From Moniliella sp. 'wahieum' (taxonomy: Eukaryota): a stretch of 64,000 bases of DNA. How positions within the stretch are numbered: position 1 is the first letter of the stretch; each line of letters begins with the position of its first letter. Under the pieces are notes generated by a model. It did not search any database and was not told the origin of the DNA. It saw nothing but the letters and a program-made list of their open reading frames with translations. Below are positions 36,497-48,800 of this stretch, piece after piece. Position numbers and translations under genes: made by a program. Location of the stretch: positions 1,054,001-1,118,000 of the forward strand of contig RSEE01000005.1 of the NCBI GenBank assembly GCA_003971905.1. The letters run 5' to 3'.

Positions 36497-39400
36497 TTAG
36501 TCATACCCCATCTCTGGCTCGGGAGAGAACCAGGATTCGGCCCAAGAAGGGTCCAGTTCCTCGTCCTCCTCTCCCTCCTCATCCGGTTCACTTTCGCTTT
36601 CGTCGTCCTGGTCGGGATGAGATGAACGGCGCTTACTCCGCCTCCCTGGGTGGGACGGACGTTCGATCTCTTGGTATTTGTCGTGGGCATAGACCAGCTG
36701 GACCGCGAGGGAGAGGAGTGTACGGATGGCCTCCGACGGGGTCTTGGCAGTGCTTGGGCGTGGGCCGAATGAGAAACTGAGGTGGCTCGTGTCCATAGAG
36801 CGGGTGGACCAATGCAGCCCCGCGGATGACGGTGCCATACCCTGATCCAATGGAGGAAGAAGAAGTTGGCAATGCAGTTCCTCCACGCACGTTCTGTGAG
36901 AATGGACCAACTCGGCAACACTGGTGGCCTTGTCGACCGCCTCGTCCAAATGATCCGTCATTCGACTCAACACAACGAGGAGAAGTGAGTCATCAGCGTG
37001 GTGAGCCCAGAGCAACTTTTCCGTAGCGCATAGAACAGCTTGGGCTCCCGCTTCTGCCGTCCACCCGTAGTTCCAGCCCGCACCCCCGCATATCCCAGCA
37101 GCGCGCTTGTCCACTGTAAGGTCAGCAGCAGACTGAACGATTGTGCGTAGGTTGCCATCTCTCGCTGGGTGATAACGTAGGTCAAGGGCCACTGGACTTG
37201 GTACGCTGGCACGATCCGACCAATTGAGCAAGCGAGTAGCGACCAACCGAGGAGGTCCAGGGGTCCATCACGATCGTGGCAGAGGAAGGGTGGGGGGGGG
37301 GGGCAGGAAGCAGTCTGAAGGTAACAGCGGTCAGGTCAAGCCAGGGAGGGCAGGGACTGGAAAGCGGCCTCCCGTAAGGCCGCAAACAGCGACGCGGGGT
37401 CCTGCGTCCCTGCAAGCCCAGTCAGGGAGGCATATGCAGTCCGCCTTATTGAAGGATGCAAAGACGTGGTCAGTCCAGGTGTACATGTCCGCATGCCGGA
37501 AGAGCATCAGGCCATGCACGGCGGTCAAGTGGGATATCAGATCGGATCCATCTGGGGGAGGGAGAATGAATGCATCGCGAGCACGCTTCTGGGCGAGGCG
37601 GACAAGCCCCAGCGAAGTCTGCATCACGCTCTCCACCACAGTCAACACATCCTCCCCTTCCTCTCCAGCCTCGGCAGGGTCGCCTGCACAACTTGATGCG
37701 CCAGAGGGAGGCAAAGGAGAAATCCACGCTCGCCCCATCGACCCGATACAGGCGAGATATGGTGCAGTGCAAGCGACTCTAAAGAAATGGGGGGAGGATC
37801 TTCGAGCCCCAGGACTGCGATGATGCCTACTGGCGGCACGAGCCAGGCGACGAGATGTACTAGCACACTTTACTTGCCACGTAGCCTCCGACTGAGAATC
37901 GTCAGCTTGGTGAAAGGCGCGGAGCAATCCAACGCTCATCCCCGCCTGAAGAACCGCGTCGGCATCGGGGCTCAGAAAGAGAGGGATGGGGTTTGGTATC
38001 GAGGACCGCACGGACCGAAGCGAAGGATTGATCTGCATCACGGGCACCTCAGCCGCGAGGAGAAGCGGCCCAGGCCGAGCAGTTCGATGCCTTCGCTGTC
38101 TTGAAAGGCCTGGGGAGGTGCATACTGCCATCCACGCATCCAGAATGTATCATTCGAGCGGCCAGGGCAGGATTAGGACGGAAGAGGCGGAGGGCGATGA
38201 TAGGCTGGGGCGAAGCACTATGGAAGGGTGCACCAAGATGAAGCCAGTACAATACCTCCTTCAGATACGGCATGACGACGGCCGCATAACACGATGCGAG
38301 GTCCTGTTCAACCGCGAGGGTGAGCGGCTGAGGAGCCAGCTCCTGGCGCACCTGGTCAGCACGCTGCATTCCCAAGAGAAGGTGTAGTCGGTTCAGCACG
38401 GATATAGTGTCAATCCGGTCGAGTTTGTTATCAGTCAAGGCAACGCTCTCCTCTTCAAGGGTGAGGATGGAGGCGAGGCAAATCAGGCCTTCCGCCCGGG
38501 CTTCCATCTGGGGCAAAAAATCAGTGAGAGTCAAGTTGGTAATCCCATCAAGCTTCCCCATAGCTGGATCGCCCAAGAGAGCAGTCGTCATGTACCCATC
38601 CTGCTCCGCCAGCCAGATATCCCATCGCTGCAGGGCCGAAGCGAGCCCGTCCCCGAGCGCCTGCGCCGCCACGGGTGGAACAGGTCGCTGATCCCCATCA
38701 GTGAACACGCCAACGGTAAGTGCCTGATAACGATGGACTTTCCCCACCGCTGTACGAACTTGCTCCACTCGAGTCCAGGCGGAGTGAGAGGCAGTGTGGT
38801 GATATAGTTAATGCTGCGGTGGGGCACTTTTCCAGTGCTATCGGAAGCGAGACAGTCGATCATCTCGCGCATCGCATTCACTTGGTCCAGCTTGGCTTCA
38901 GATCGTATAGAGAAGCGGAGCTCGTCCTCGCCTAATGTCCATCCCCCGCTGGGGGAGCAGAGACATTGAGTTCCATCTGGAGGGTTTGTTGGAACTGGAC
39001 CAGCGAATCTTTCTCGGCCTCGAAGGCGGCCTGCCATCCTTGGGCTTGGGCTTGGGGGGGCCAGCCAGCCATGGTCGCAGTAAACTGGTCCGACAAGGAA
39101 GGGGGAGATGCAGCTGGCGCATGGTCTCACGGGTTGTGGTAGAAGGGGGACGAGTCGTGTAAGCCAGTCGTTGTCCTCGTCCTCGTCTGAGCCAGGAGTC
39201 GACCAATTATCGCTATCCAACGCGTCGTCCTGTGCCAAATCGTCATCGGGACCCCATGCGTCATCGTCGGATGTGTGATCCGATGAGGAGGGAGCGTCCA
39301 GGAGCTCTGCGAACGCTGTTGGTCATATTCTTCTCGTTCGTGCGGGCTGAGATAGTCCCGCGCGTGAGGTCCATCTCCCATAGCAGCTGCATCGCATGAA

Positions 39401-40101
39401 GCCGGGTCGTTTCGGTAGGCCGAGAGTTGAGATGGAGCTAGAGAAGACTGATAGGTCAGTCTTGTTCGTCCAGGGCGCGAGGAAAACGTACAAGAAATTG
39501 GAGGAGTTCGGGCAGATGATCCGTAGCGATGGGTGGCTCGGGGGGAGGCGAACGCCGCAAAGGAGCCGATCTTCTGGGTGGCGAGCACGTTTTCGACCAG
39601 AATGTCAAGGTATGATCGCTTTGCTTTGCGGTACCTCCGATTGTGAGCTGACCACCTCTAGCAAGCGAGATAAAACCTTTTCGATAGCTTGAGCCACATC
39701 GCTTTGAAGGCCAATGCGATTAGAAAGCGCCAATCTTAAACGGAGACACAAAAGTCAGTGGCTAAGAAACTAGGAAGAAAAAGACATACTCTGCAAAACG
39801 AGTTGAACTTCGGCGAGAGAAGAAAGAAGCGGGTCGCGAGAGTGGTGGCGGCGAGAGAGAGCGCCCGTCCGAAGACGGCAGTCTCGGTACGGGGAGGAGA
39901 GGATGGGATGAGTCGGGGGGCCGGCAGAAAGAAAGATGATACAAGGTCGTGGACAGCTGCTTGCGCTCGGCACGCATGGTGGGGGTGGGGTGAGGTCTGA
40001 GGCCGAGGTGGTGGTGTTGAGGTGTTGCTATTCGACGCATTAGCGCCCTTCAACTCGCCGTGTCGAAGTGCCGCCAAGGACGCGTCAGGCTCAACTTTCA
40101 T
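36497..40101 (-). CDS. Gamma-tubulin complex component, Spc97/Spc98 family (GCP5-like)
   Basis: GRIP-like segments (AMREMI, VMPYLKEVLYWLHLG, LISHLTAVHGLMLF, SVAELVHSH..LHCQLLL); 5' intron ~39737-39789; boundaries approximate. Confidence 0.7.
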
Positions 40102-41052
40102 AAACTACACAGGTCGTCATCGATTGAATATTGATGGCCGTCACGTGTCACATGTCATCGGTCACACACTAACGCTCCAATGCATACTGCAGAGCCACCG
40201 CGTTTGAACTGGTGAGTAGTAAAGGAACATCGGTGTGATGAGCTGGGTGCTTGGCACCTTCGCAGCAGCTGGCCTGAAGCGCAACTCCAACCAATTGGGC
40301 CTTCGTTACGCGATAACCCCACCTATCGAGTTGGAATCAAAGCCAGCCAGAACCCGGAGCGGGAAGGTCGGCCTGCCAGCCTCGATGGTCTCAATCACTG
40401 CAGTGCTCACAGCCCCACTGCGAGCAACACAACGGGCGGTTGGTCGCCACCCACAGAGCCAATTTGCATAGTAGATTAATATCCTGCCGCGCGTGCCACC
40501 CCCAATGACTGGAAGCTCATCAAATGACGAACTACTGTGGTATTGGTGCGTACACAGAAGAAACCGATGTCCTGGTATCAATTAAGAGACACATTTGTGA
40601 GGGGCCGACCGTGCGAGACTCACTGATGCCTGGTGCACCCGGGAGTGCCGTACCAACTAATGCACCGCAGTTTCTTGGGATAGCAACAAGAACACCGAAC
40701 GCAGTGCAAAAGAGAGGCCAATGGTAGTACGCCAGTGGCAGATGCTGGTCCATGGACTACAGCGATTGCTTGGCAGGTGCTCTTAGGCATCCGGGCAACT
40801 GCGGGAATCCAGTCCATGCGCCATCCCTATGTACCCTGCACATATAATTCCTTCAGGCCTGTTCTCACATCCATGATTTCCTTGACTCCCCTACACCCCA
40901 GATCCGCAGTCTTCATATCCTTCGGTGTCCGGCCAAGCCAGTACTGTTGAAGGAACGCATTGAGTGCAACTCAGTAGGGCACACTGTCGCGGTAAGCATG
41001 CAGTCACGATGCGTTACAGGGCAACCAGTCCCGTTCGGAAGTGATTCGCAGC

Positions 41053-41409
41053 CTAGAATTTTGGCAACTTGAAGCCCTCGCGGAAGAGAACATGCTGCTT
41101 CACTAGTGACGAGGCAGCCAAAGGGGGTCAGAAGAACAGGTCCAGGAATGCAGAACATTAAGGGTGTGACGTACCCATGGGGTCGTACTTGATAAATGCC
41201 GCCTTATCGGCCACACGTGGGCGCCGGACAGTGTAGTAATGGCCAGTGCCCGCCATGCTGTAGATGCGCACAAAGATGCTGCTGTGGGCGGCAAGACGCA
41301 CACGCACACGCATAGACAAGTACGAAAATCGGTTAGATGCAGAACCAAACCAGATGCCGGTCAGGCAAGCATATCGTCATACGTACCGAGTACGAGCCTT
41401 GCCAGCCAT
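41053..41409 (-). CDS. MRPL39: Mitochondrial ribosomal protein bL33m (3 exons)
   Basis: Removing introns 41282-41386 and 41103-41174 gives MAGKARTRSIFVRIYSMAGTGHYYTVRRPRVADKAAFIKYDPMVKQHVLFREGFKLPKF*. Confidence 0.93.
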
Positions 41410-41614
41410 GACTTGAGAAGTGGAAGCGCGTGTAAGTGTAGGTGGCCAGGTTGGTGTCGGTGTTGGTCAGCTGGCCACAGGCTGCGGCCTCTGCCCAGCG
41501 CATTCCGTAGCACGACCAAGAAGGCAGGGCATAAGCGGAATGTGCTGATTGGGGCGGAATTCACCCTCTAGAACATTGAACATTTGACCTGACCGACAGG
41601 TTACCCGGTTGCAC

Positions 41615-41705
41615 GTTACGCGCTAGTCGCGTTAATAACCCTAGTCCACTCGTTCCTGTTGGACGCGTTAACGGCCTTGCACAAGGCCAGTGTACGCGAC
41701 GCGAG
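41615..41705. promoter_or_regulatory. MCB-like (ACGCGT/ACGCG/CGCG) cluster upstream of PCNA
   Basis: ACGCGT at 41663-41668 plus ACGCG/CGCG cores at ~41618, ~41628 and ~41694-41703, upstream of a G1/S-type gene. Confidence 0.65.
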
Positions 41706-41815
41706 GCGGGCGGGGGACGCTCCGCAGGCCCTCAGACCAGGGCGTATTTGTTCCTGCCAGGCGGCTACACCGCGTCTGTTCTACTCACCACCACGTCTTC
41801 CCCATCTCTGCCACC

Positions 41816-42763
41816 ATGCTCGAAGCACGCTTCCCCCAGGCCGTCCTTTTCAAGAAGATTCTTGATTCCATCTCTGGTTTGATCCAGGAGACCAACCTCA
41901 ACTGCACTGATGAGGGCATCCGCATTCAAGCCATCGACACTGCCCACGTCGCCCTCTGCGGCGTCGAGATCCGCCCCGAGGCCTTTACGCACTACCGCTG
42001 CGACCGCCCCATGATTCTCGGTGTTCCCATTAGTATGCTTCAAAAGGTTGTCAAGACAGCCAACAATGATGACACCCTTACCCTCCGCAAGGCTGACGGC
42101 GCCGACACCTCACTCTCGTCTTTGAGTCGCTCAAAGCGGACCGCATCGCGTCCTACGACCTCTCTCACCAACATTGACTCGGAACAGATGGATATTCCTC
42201 CAACCGACTACAAGGCCGTTGTCACCCTCGCATCGTCCGAATACGCTCGCATCACGCGCGACCTGAGCATCCTCGGAGAAGATATTACTGTGGGCGTAGA
42301 CAAGAACTCAGTCCGCTTCGAGGCGAGCTCGGACGAGGGCACCGGAACTCTTGTCCTCAAACAGGGCGGCGGATCCGACGGCCAGGGATCAAGCAATAAG
42401 CGCATGCGCAAGACTAAGCCCGAGCCGGTAGCCGATGATGAAGAGCCTGAAGAGGAGACTGCGGTTGCAGAGGACGAGGATGAGGATGAAGTGGTTCCGG
42501 CTGCAGGTAAACGCAAGCGCGCTCCGGCTTCACAGGATGACGATTCGTCTGCCTCTGTTCCCGTCCAGATCCATGTGGATCAAGCTGTGCGGCTCAAGTT
42601 TGCGCTCAAGTATCTCGCGGCTTTCTCCAAGGCCGGGCCGCTCGCGCCGGCAGTCACCCTCCGTCTTTCCCCCGCTTTCCCACTTCTGGTCGAGTATGCG
42701 TGGGAGGATGGCCATGTCCACTTCTACCTTGCGCCGAAGTTGGAGGAGGACGATGATGCCTAA
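41816..42763 (+). CDS. POL30: Proliferating cell nuclear antigen
   Basis: MLEARF, QAIDTAHVAL, YRCDR, FALKYLAAFSKA, FYLAPK; long charged insertion. Confidence 0.97.
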   Translation: MLEARFPQAVLFKKILDSISGLIQETNLNCTDEGIRIQAIDTAHVALCGVEIRPEAFTHYRCDRPMILGVPISMLQKVVKTANNDDTLTLRKADGADTSLSSLSRSKRTASRPTTSLTNIDSEQMDIPPTDYKAVVTLASSEYARITRDLSILGEDITVGVDKNSVRFEASSDEGTGTLVLKQGGGSDGQGSSNKRMRKTKPEPVADDEEPEEETAVAEDEDEDEVVPAAGKRKRAPASQDDDSSASVPVQIHVDQAVRLKFALKYLAAFSKAGPLAPAVTLRLSPAFPLLVEYAWEDGHVHFYLAPKLEEDDDA

Positions 42764-43278
42764 TGTGTTGCCCGTTTGCTTCACATTCCACGCATTCCGC
42801 GTTCTTTTTGACCTACTCCACTACTCCCCCCTTCCCTATCCTTCCCTTCCCATGTGTGTAATGTCACCAAGCTTTTGACTTCCCCACCGCCCTCATAGTA
42901 CTGGGTATCAGCGGCCATGAACTTCGTTGATAGGCGTAGTCCTTGTCTAGCGCGTCCGGAAGTAGTAGTTGTGAGCCGCCATACGATTCTTTGCGAGCGT
43001 GTTGCTCAACCATGCATCATGCATCATGCGCTCAGCCTGAGGCTGAGGCTTAACACCGGCACTGCATTAATGGACAGGGAAATTCAAACGTTCAGAGTGC
43101 TGAAGTAACGAAATACGCACGTAAGTACGTAGCCAAGGCTGCTGCCGCCCTATCAATTTAAGCTGGCACCCACTACTCACTCAATCCAGCCTCTTCTTCG
43201 ACGTCCAATGTCAGCACGCTGAGCGCTGAGGCTCATCCACCCGCTCATCGCCCCCTCCTCGCGTGACCGTTTGTCTCT

Positions 43279-44860
43279 ATGGTCCAGAGCGCCTCGACCA
43301 GCGGGTCGCCCTACTCGTTCCAGCGCGCCATGCCGGAGGCCTTCCGCGCCAAAGCGAAAAAGAAGAGCAAGTCTGCATCCGCCGGGCCGTCCATACCCGC
43401 CGCCACCGCCGCTGCTTCCATCTCCAGCCCGTTTGCCCGATTTCCTTGGGAGATTGTCTATCACATACTTCAGGTCGCTGCGTTGGATCAGTCCAACGCA
43501 GTCGCTCTTCTCTCCCTCTCGTCATTGCACCACGCCCAACTCAAACAGCATGTGTACCACACCATCTCTCTCGTCTCGCTTCCGGCCATCGAGTCATTTG
43601 CATCGCTTCTGCGCAAGCACCCTGAAGTCGGCCGTTTCGTGCGCAATTTGTGGATTGGTAAGCCATAATGTCCCATCCTTCTCTGTCCGAACCTAAGCTT
43701 TGTCTGACTCCTCGCTCCCGCGCCAGGTCCCGCCACCATGGAATCTGATCTTCTCTCCGCTCTGGCCCCACCCGAAGTAAACGAGAATGCCACCACACTC
43801 GACGCTCGCTACCGTGCCAATGCGTTTACACGTGCCATTTTACGTGCTTGTCGCAAGACCCAGCACCTTGCCCTCTCAGGAGGGCTGTGCAACCCAGCGT
43901 CAACGTATGGGTACGGCACGGCATGTCAACCCAAAGTGCTCACATGCGTCAACCCCCACTCGTTTGTTGGTGGCTTTGGGGCCCCATGTTCACCAAAACA
44001 GAACATATCCACCTTATTGACGTCATTGACGACGGACGAAACGGACCACCTCGTCCGGCTCCCCGCCTTGCGCCTCCTCACTTGGACCTCCCCACGAGAT
44101 GATGGGGACGCCACAGGGGACGCGCGCAAGATTGCTGATCTGGCCTGGCAGTGTTCGGGGAAAGAGGAAGGGGGTGCAATCCAGACCCATCCCCCTTCGC
44201 CCTCGTTTGACCGCGGGGGAGTACAGCGAGCGACCTGGTCATGGCGCAGTCGCGCCACCCTCGCCAGGGCCCCTCCACACTGCAGCATGTTCATCTCACT
44301 CTCCTCTACGCGGAGGGAGATGCTTCGGAGGGCGCTGATGAGTTTGGTGGATGATGTAGAGCTGGATGACACAGGCACTGTTACTTGCGAACTCCCAACG
44401 GGGGGAAGGAATCAGATGCCCCGCTCTTTTCCCAACCTCCCGCCCTTGCCCTTGCCCGTCTCCGCCTCCGCCCCCCATTTCAAAGGGATTGCCAACCGAC
44501 CTACCACTACCATCGCGGCCACTCACCCCACCACAAGACATGCCCGACTTGCTGGATGCGATGGACGACTTACACCTGGATCCTCACCCTCCTCCACGAG
44601 TGCGGGTGCAAACCTCGACGCTTCCCCATGCGGTGGTGGAGGAGTGGCAGGCGCTGCGGGACGAGATCCTGTCGCCCCAGTACCGATGGGACGGATATCG
44701 CGCCCCGAGGAAGCGCCCCCATCCTGCTTTCCCGGTAGAGACAGAATCGTCAGAGTACAAGACGATCGAGGATTCGTTTGCTGATGGCTCAGAGGCATTG
44801 GAGTACTTTCACCGTCAGTGGTTATTTGTCGTGGCCAAGAGTGTGGGGATTCGGCGTTGA
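43279..44860 (+). CDS. Hypothetical protein with F-box-like N-terminal motif
   Basis: FARFPWEIVYHIL F-box-like segment, VYHTISL..RFVRNLWIG; fragments joined across indels. Confidence 0.55.
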
Positions 44861-45615
44861 ACTCAGCTGCGCAAATGACGATCTCTACCAGATGCAGGGG
44901 AAGCAGAAGCGAAGAAGATACCTGTGTAGGAGCAAGGGCCCAAGGTTGGGAGCAGGGCGGTAAGAGAAGAATTAACCACGGCACACTAATGATGTGTCTC
45001 ATTGGGGATGGGCCACCGCTCACATGTCTACCGTGCTCATTCGTATCCTTGCGCGCTGCATCCAGTCTGGAAGGGAATGGGGGGCGCCAGAGGGTCTTGC
45101 AAGACCTGCTGGCGGACAAGCAGCACACGCCAGACGAGCAGGCCGGTTAATAAGTGTTTCTTTGTTCCAGCCCTTAAGCTCTGAATATGATATGAATGCA
45201 ACAAAGAGATGTGTTTGCAACTCTGAAGTAGTGTCACTTGCTCTCCAAGCGGAAGTGTGAATAGCATGGTACCGCGCCAAGGAGAAAAGTCAGTTGGGTC
45301 TCCATCAACCGCCAGGTGCCGATGAACAGAGAGTTGTGGGAGGCATGCAGGACTGATAGGACAGGATAACTGATGCCTAAGACAACTGCGGGAACAGGCT
45401 GTGTAAAAGAGCCGACATGGTACCAAGCCAGCATATCCTCAGGCTTCATAGAGAGTGTAGAACTGTAACTAGTGACTGGACAATAGATTATTCAAGTCCG
45501 TGCTTCACTCCCTTCTAACCCATTCAGAACTCGCCACCGACCCACATGTGTACCACATTTATCGTGACAGCAGACGTACAAAATTAACGTTTGGTGCATG
45601 TGCACATTATAATGG

Positions 45616-45832
45616 TGTAAGACCGGAGGAACCCAAGGGATTGGGTGAAGAACCTCTGGAAATGTAGAGCAATGCAATCGCGATGGTGGTGGTTAAGGTC
45701 TAAGCCTTGTGCCACACCTAGAGACAGGGGTTCAGACAAGCCTGAGTATACACGTGGAGGCTTCGGAGGACAAATCAGGGGTGAAGGGTGATGAGGCGCC
45801 TTGGCCTAAGTACGGGACCACGGGTCCCAACA
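45616..45832 (-). repeat. 3' LTR of the copia element
   Basis: Identical to 50959-51175 by eye. Confidence 0.97.
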
Positions 45833-45897
45833 CCCCCCCGGGCCAAGGGAACGAAAGAAGCCCGTTGGCCATCAACAAAAGAAAAGTAGAAAGGGGA

Positions 45898-48800
45898 TCA
45901 GCGCGAAGAAAGAGAAGCCAAATCGAAATTGTTACGCGCAGAAATGATCTTGGGAAGAGAAAGAGGTTTGGTGAACCAGTCAGGGAGATGGTGTGCACCT
46001 GGAGTGTAGTGGACTTTAATTTCGCCTCGGTGGATGCGTTCCCGCACCTCGTGGTACGAGACGTCAATCTCCCGTATTTTGCCTAGGCTGCCGAGCTTTT
46101 CGGCCAACGCTTTGGCAGCGGTGTTGTCAACAAAGAGCTCAATCGGGTGATTAGCCTTGCAGACACCAAGTTCAAACAGTATGTTGCGAATGAATAGAGC
46201 ATCTCGAAGGCCATCTCCCATGGCTAGGTATTCAGATGCTGCTGTGTTGCTCACACCTTGATTTTGGGACTTGGAGCCCCAGGATACAGGCACACCGAAA
46301 ACAAAAACAACATGGCCCGAAACGGAGTGAGAGTTGCTCTTGTCTGATGCAAAGGAGGCATCGGTGTGCAGCTCGAGTAGAGGGCGAGATCGGTTGGGTG
46401 TGAGGCACAAAGAGTAGTCAGACGTACCGGCGAAGAAACGTAATAGGTCCTCCGCTGCGCGTCGGTGGGCGGCGGACGGGTCGTCCATAAACCGCGCTAA
46501 AAAGGTAGCCGCAAAGAGGGCATCAGGCCGGGACATACGAGCCGCCCACAAGCTGGATCCGACAATAGAACGGTAGGCACGGTGCTCGTCTCGAGTGGCA
46601 CGCTTTTCGTGTTCGGGTCGCTTGGGAGGCGGAAGTTGGTGGCCGATTGGAAGGTAGCGGGGCCGGTGAGGTGATATGTCATGCGCGGCAAGCGTCTCAG
46701 CGATGAATTTGGGTTGGCTGATGTACAGTCGTCCATCGATACGGTCGTATTGGCAGCCGAGATGGAAACGTAGGGGGCCGTTGGACTTAATTTGGATGCT
46801 GCGCCTTAATTCCACTAAGAATTCATCATACGCTTCTTGGGACCGACACGCGACCAAAAAGTCGTCAGTGTGGACGGCGATTAGGATCAGGCCAAGAGGT
46901 TCGGTGCGACGTATGAACAGGCAAGGCTCTGATTTTAGGCTAGTGAAGTGGAGTCGGTCGCAAAGGAAAGTGCGGAGCCAATCTCCAAAGTTGGCCCCGC
47001 TCTGGTGCAGGCCATAGAGACTTTTCTTGAGTCTCCAGCAATGACCGGGCGCTTCTGGGAAGAAGGGGGGTGGTCGAACATAGACGAGCTCGTTGATATC
47101 GGCATAGAGGTAGGCAGCTTCCACATCGGCAGAAAATAAGTGGAGGCCATCAGCTTCGGCCAACGCAATTAGCGTGTTGACGGCAGCAGTACGAACGGCA
47201 GGAGCAAAAGATTTCGCCCATGTGCCAGGAACTTGCCGGTGCCCTCCCACAACGTAGCGGGCACGGTACTTGAGGAAGTTAGCATCCGCATCCGTCTTAG
47301 TACCTATGACCCACATGCCGGGAAGGGGTTTGATCCCTGGGGGGATGGGTACAACTTCCTTCACGTCACGCTCGTCAAAACGCCGAAGCTCGAGGCGCAT
47401 TGCCTCGAGTACGCCATCAAAGGCAGGGTGACCCACCAACTTCTTGATGTTCTTGGGGGCCACCGGGACCCCATCGGTGGTCAGTATGACCTCGGTGTCA
47501 CTTGCCGCGGATTCGATTGCGAGTGCAATGGGGGGCGAGCTTGGCTCCGAAGCAGGTAGCATGGATGTGTCCGGCGCTGGTCCGAAAATACTCACCAAAG
47601 CCTGCATTCCTAGGGCGGAGAGGGCGGCCGGGTTGCCAAAGATGCTAGGGGCCTTGTTGACGAGCAGGGAAAAGGTGCCATCGCGCAAATTGTCGTTGGC
47701 TGGAATGGACAGGTCGAGGGGTGGAGCGTTGATACGCGCTTGGCGAACGGGATTGCGACGCACGAGTGCGGGGACGGCTGTATCGGTCAGGGGCACGGTC
47801 ACGGGGGCGAGCGTGTCGGTGGGGGAGAGAGGGGAGGGGGATAGGGCGGGAGAGGAAGGGGAAGTGGAAGAGGGAGGGGAAAGCAGGACTTGGTGGCCAG
47901 TGTCAACGGCATCTTCTGTGATAGTTTCATTTTCTTCGGCTTGCTTTGCCTGGCGTTGTGCCATGCCTGCGGGGTCAGATGCAACAGGTTGGGGGGATAC
48001 ATGTGGGGGGTTGGAGTTGGTGGGAGTGGGGCCAGGCTCTGAATTCTCATTTTCGTTGGCTTGAGCCGGGCGATGTGCCTCTGTTTTTCGTTCTTTTAAT
48101 TTTCTTTTTCCATGGGGGGCATTGTCTTTCTTACCATTAGTATCGCGGGTCAGTTCATCTATCGCAAAACGCACACGCCGGGGTGGGGAGCTGTCTGACT
48201 TCCCACCAGCACCCATTTCTCCGCCCCCCCGCACCTCTCCGCCACCAGCAGGGACAAGGGGGTCCAGATGAAAGTGCGTGGGATATTCGGTGGTGTACGG
48301 GACATGCGTCCAGGTGGACGGCTTTTTCCAACGGAATCCAACTTGGCCGTCGTCCTGGTGGATGGCAAAGAGCCACCCCTTCGAACCGCGGCCGTGCCCG
48401 TAACCCACCAACATTGCTGGGACGGCCCGCGGACCAAGTTTGCCGCCCTCGCGTTGGTTGGGCAATAGGTGCAGGTAGGCAAGAGTGCCAAAACCGCGCA
48501 TGCGAAGGGAGGGTTTGAAGCCATGGTACCGGACAAATCGGCTGTCCCCACCCAGTGCTTTCGGCGGCGACTGGTTGTGTGCATATGTGGCCGCCAACAA
48601 GCTGTGTTCCCACCACTCGTCGGGAGTCAATCTGTTGGCGATTACCATGAGTCGAGCGCGATCCGTAATCGATCTTATGGCGCGTTCGGCGACCCCATTG
48701 GACGCACTTTCGCCAGGATTGGTGCGCTCGCTCACTACTCCCAGCTCGCAGTAAAACTCGTCCATTGCGGTGGTGAGTTCAGGCGCATTGTCAGAGCGGA

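Noticed and set aside
39762..39977. MRAERK.. as ribosomal protein L41
   Set aside because: No Arg/Lys-rich continuation; the region fits the 5' exon of the GCP5-like gene.
40235..40278. GTGATGA...CTGA as a C/D snoRNA
   Set aside because: Too short, with no terminal stem or recognisable guide.
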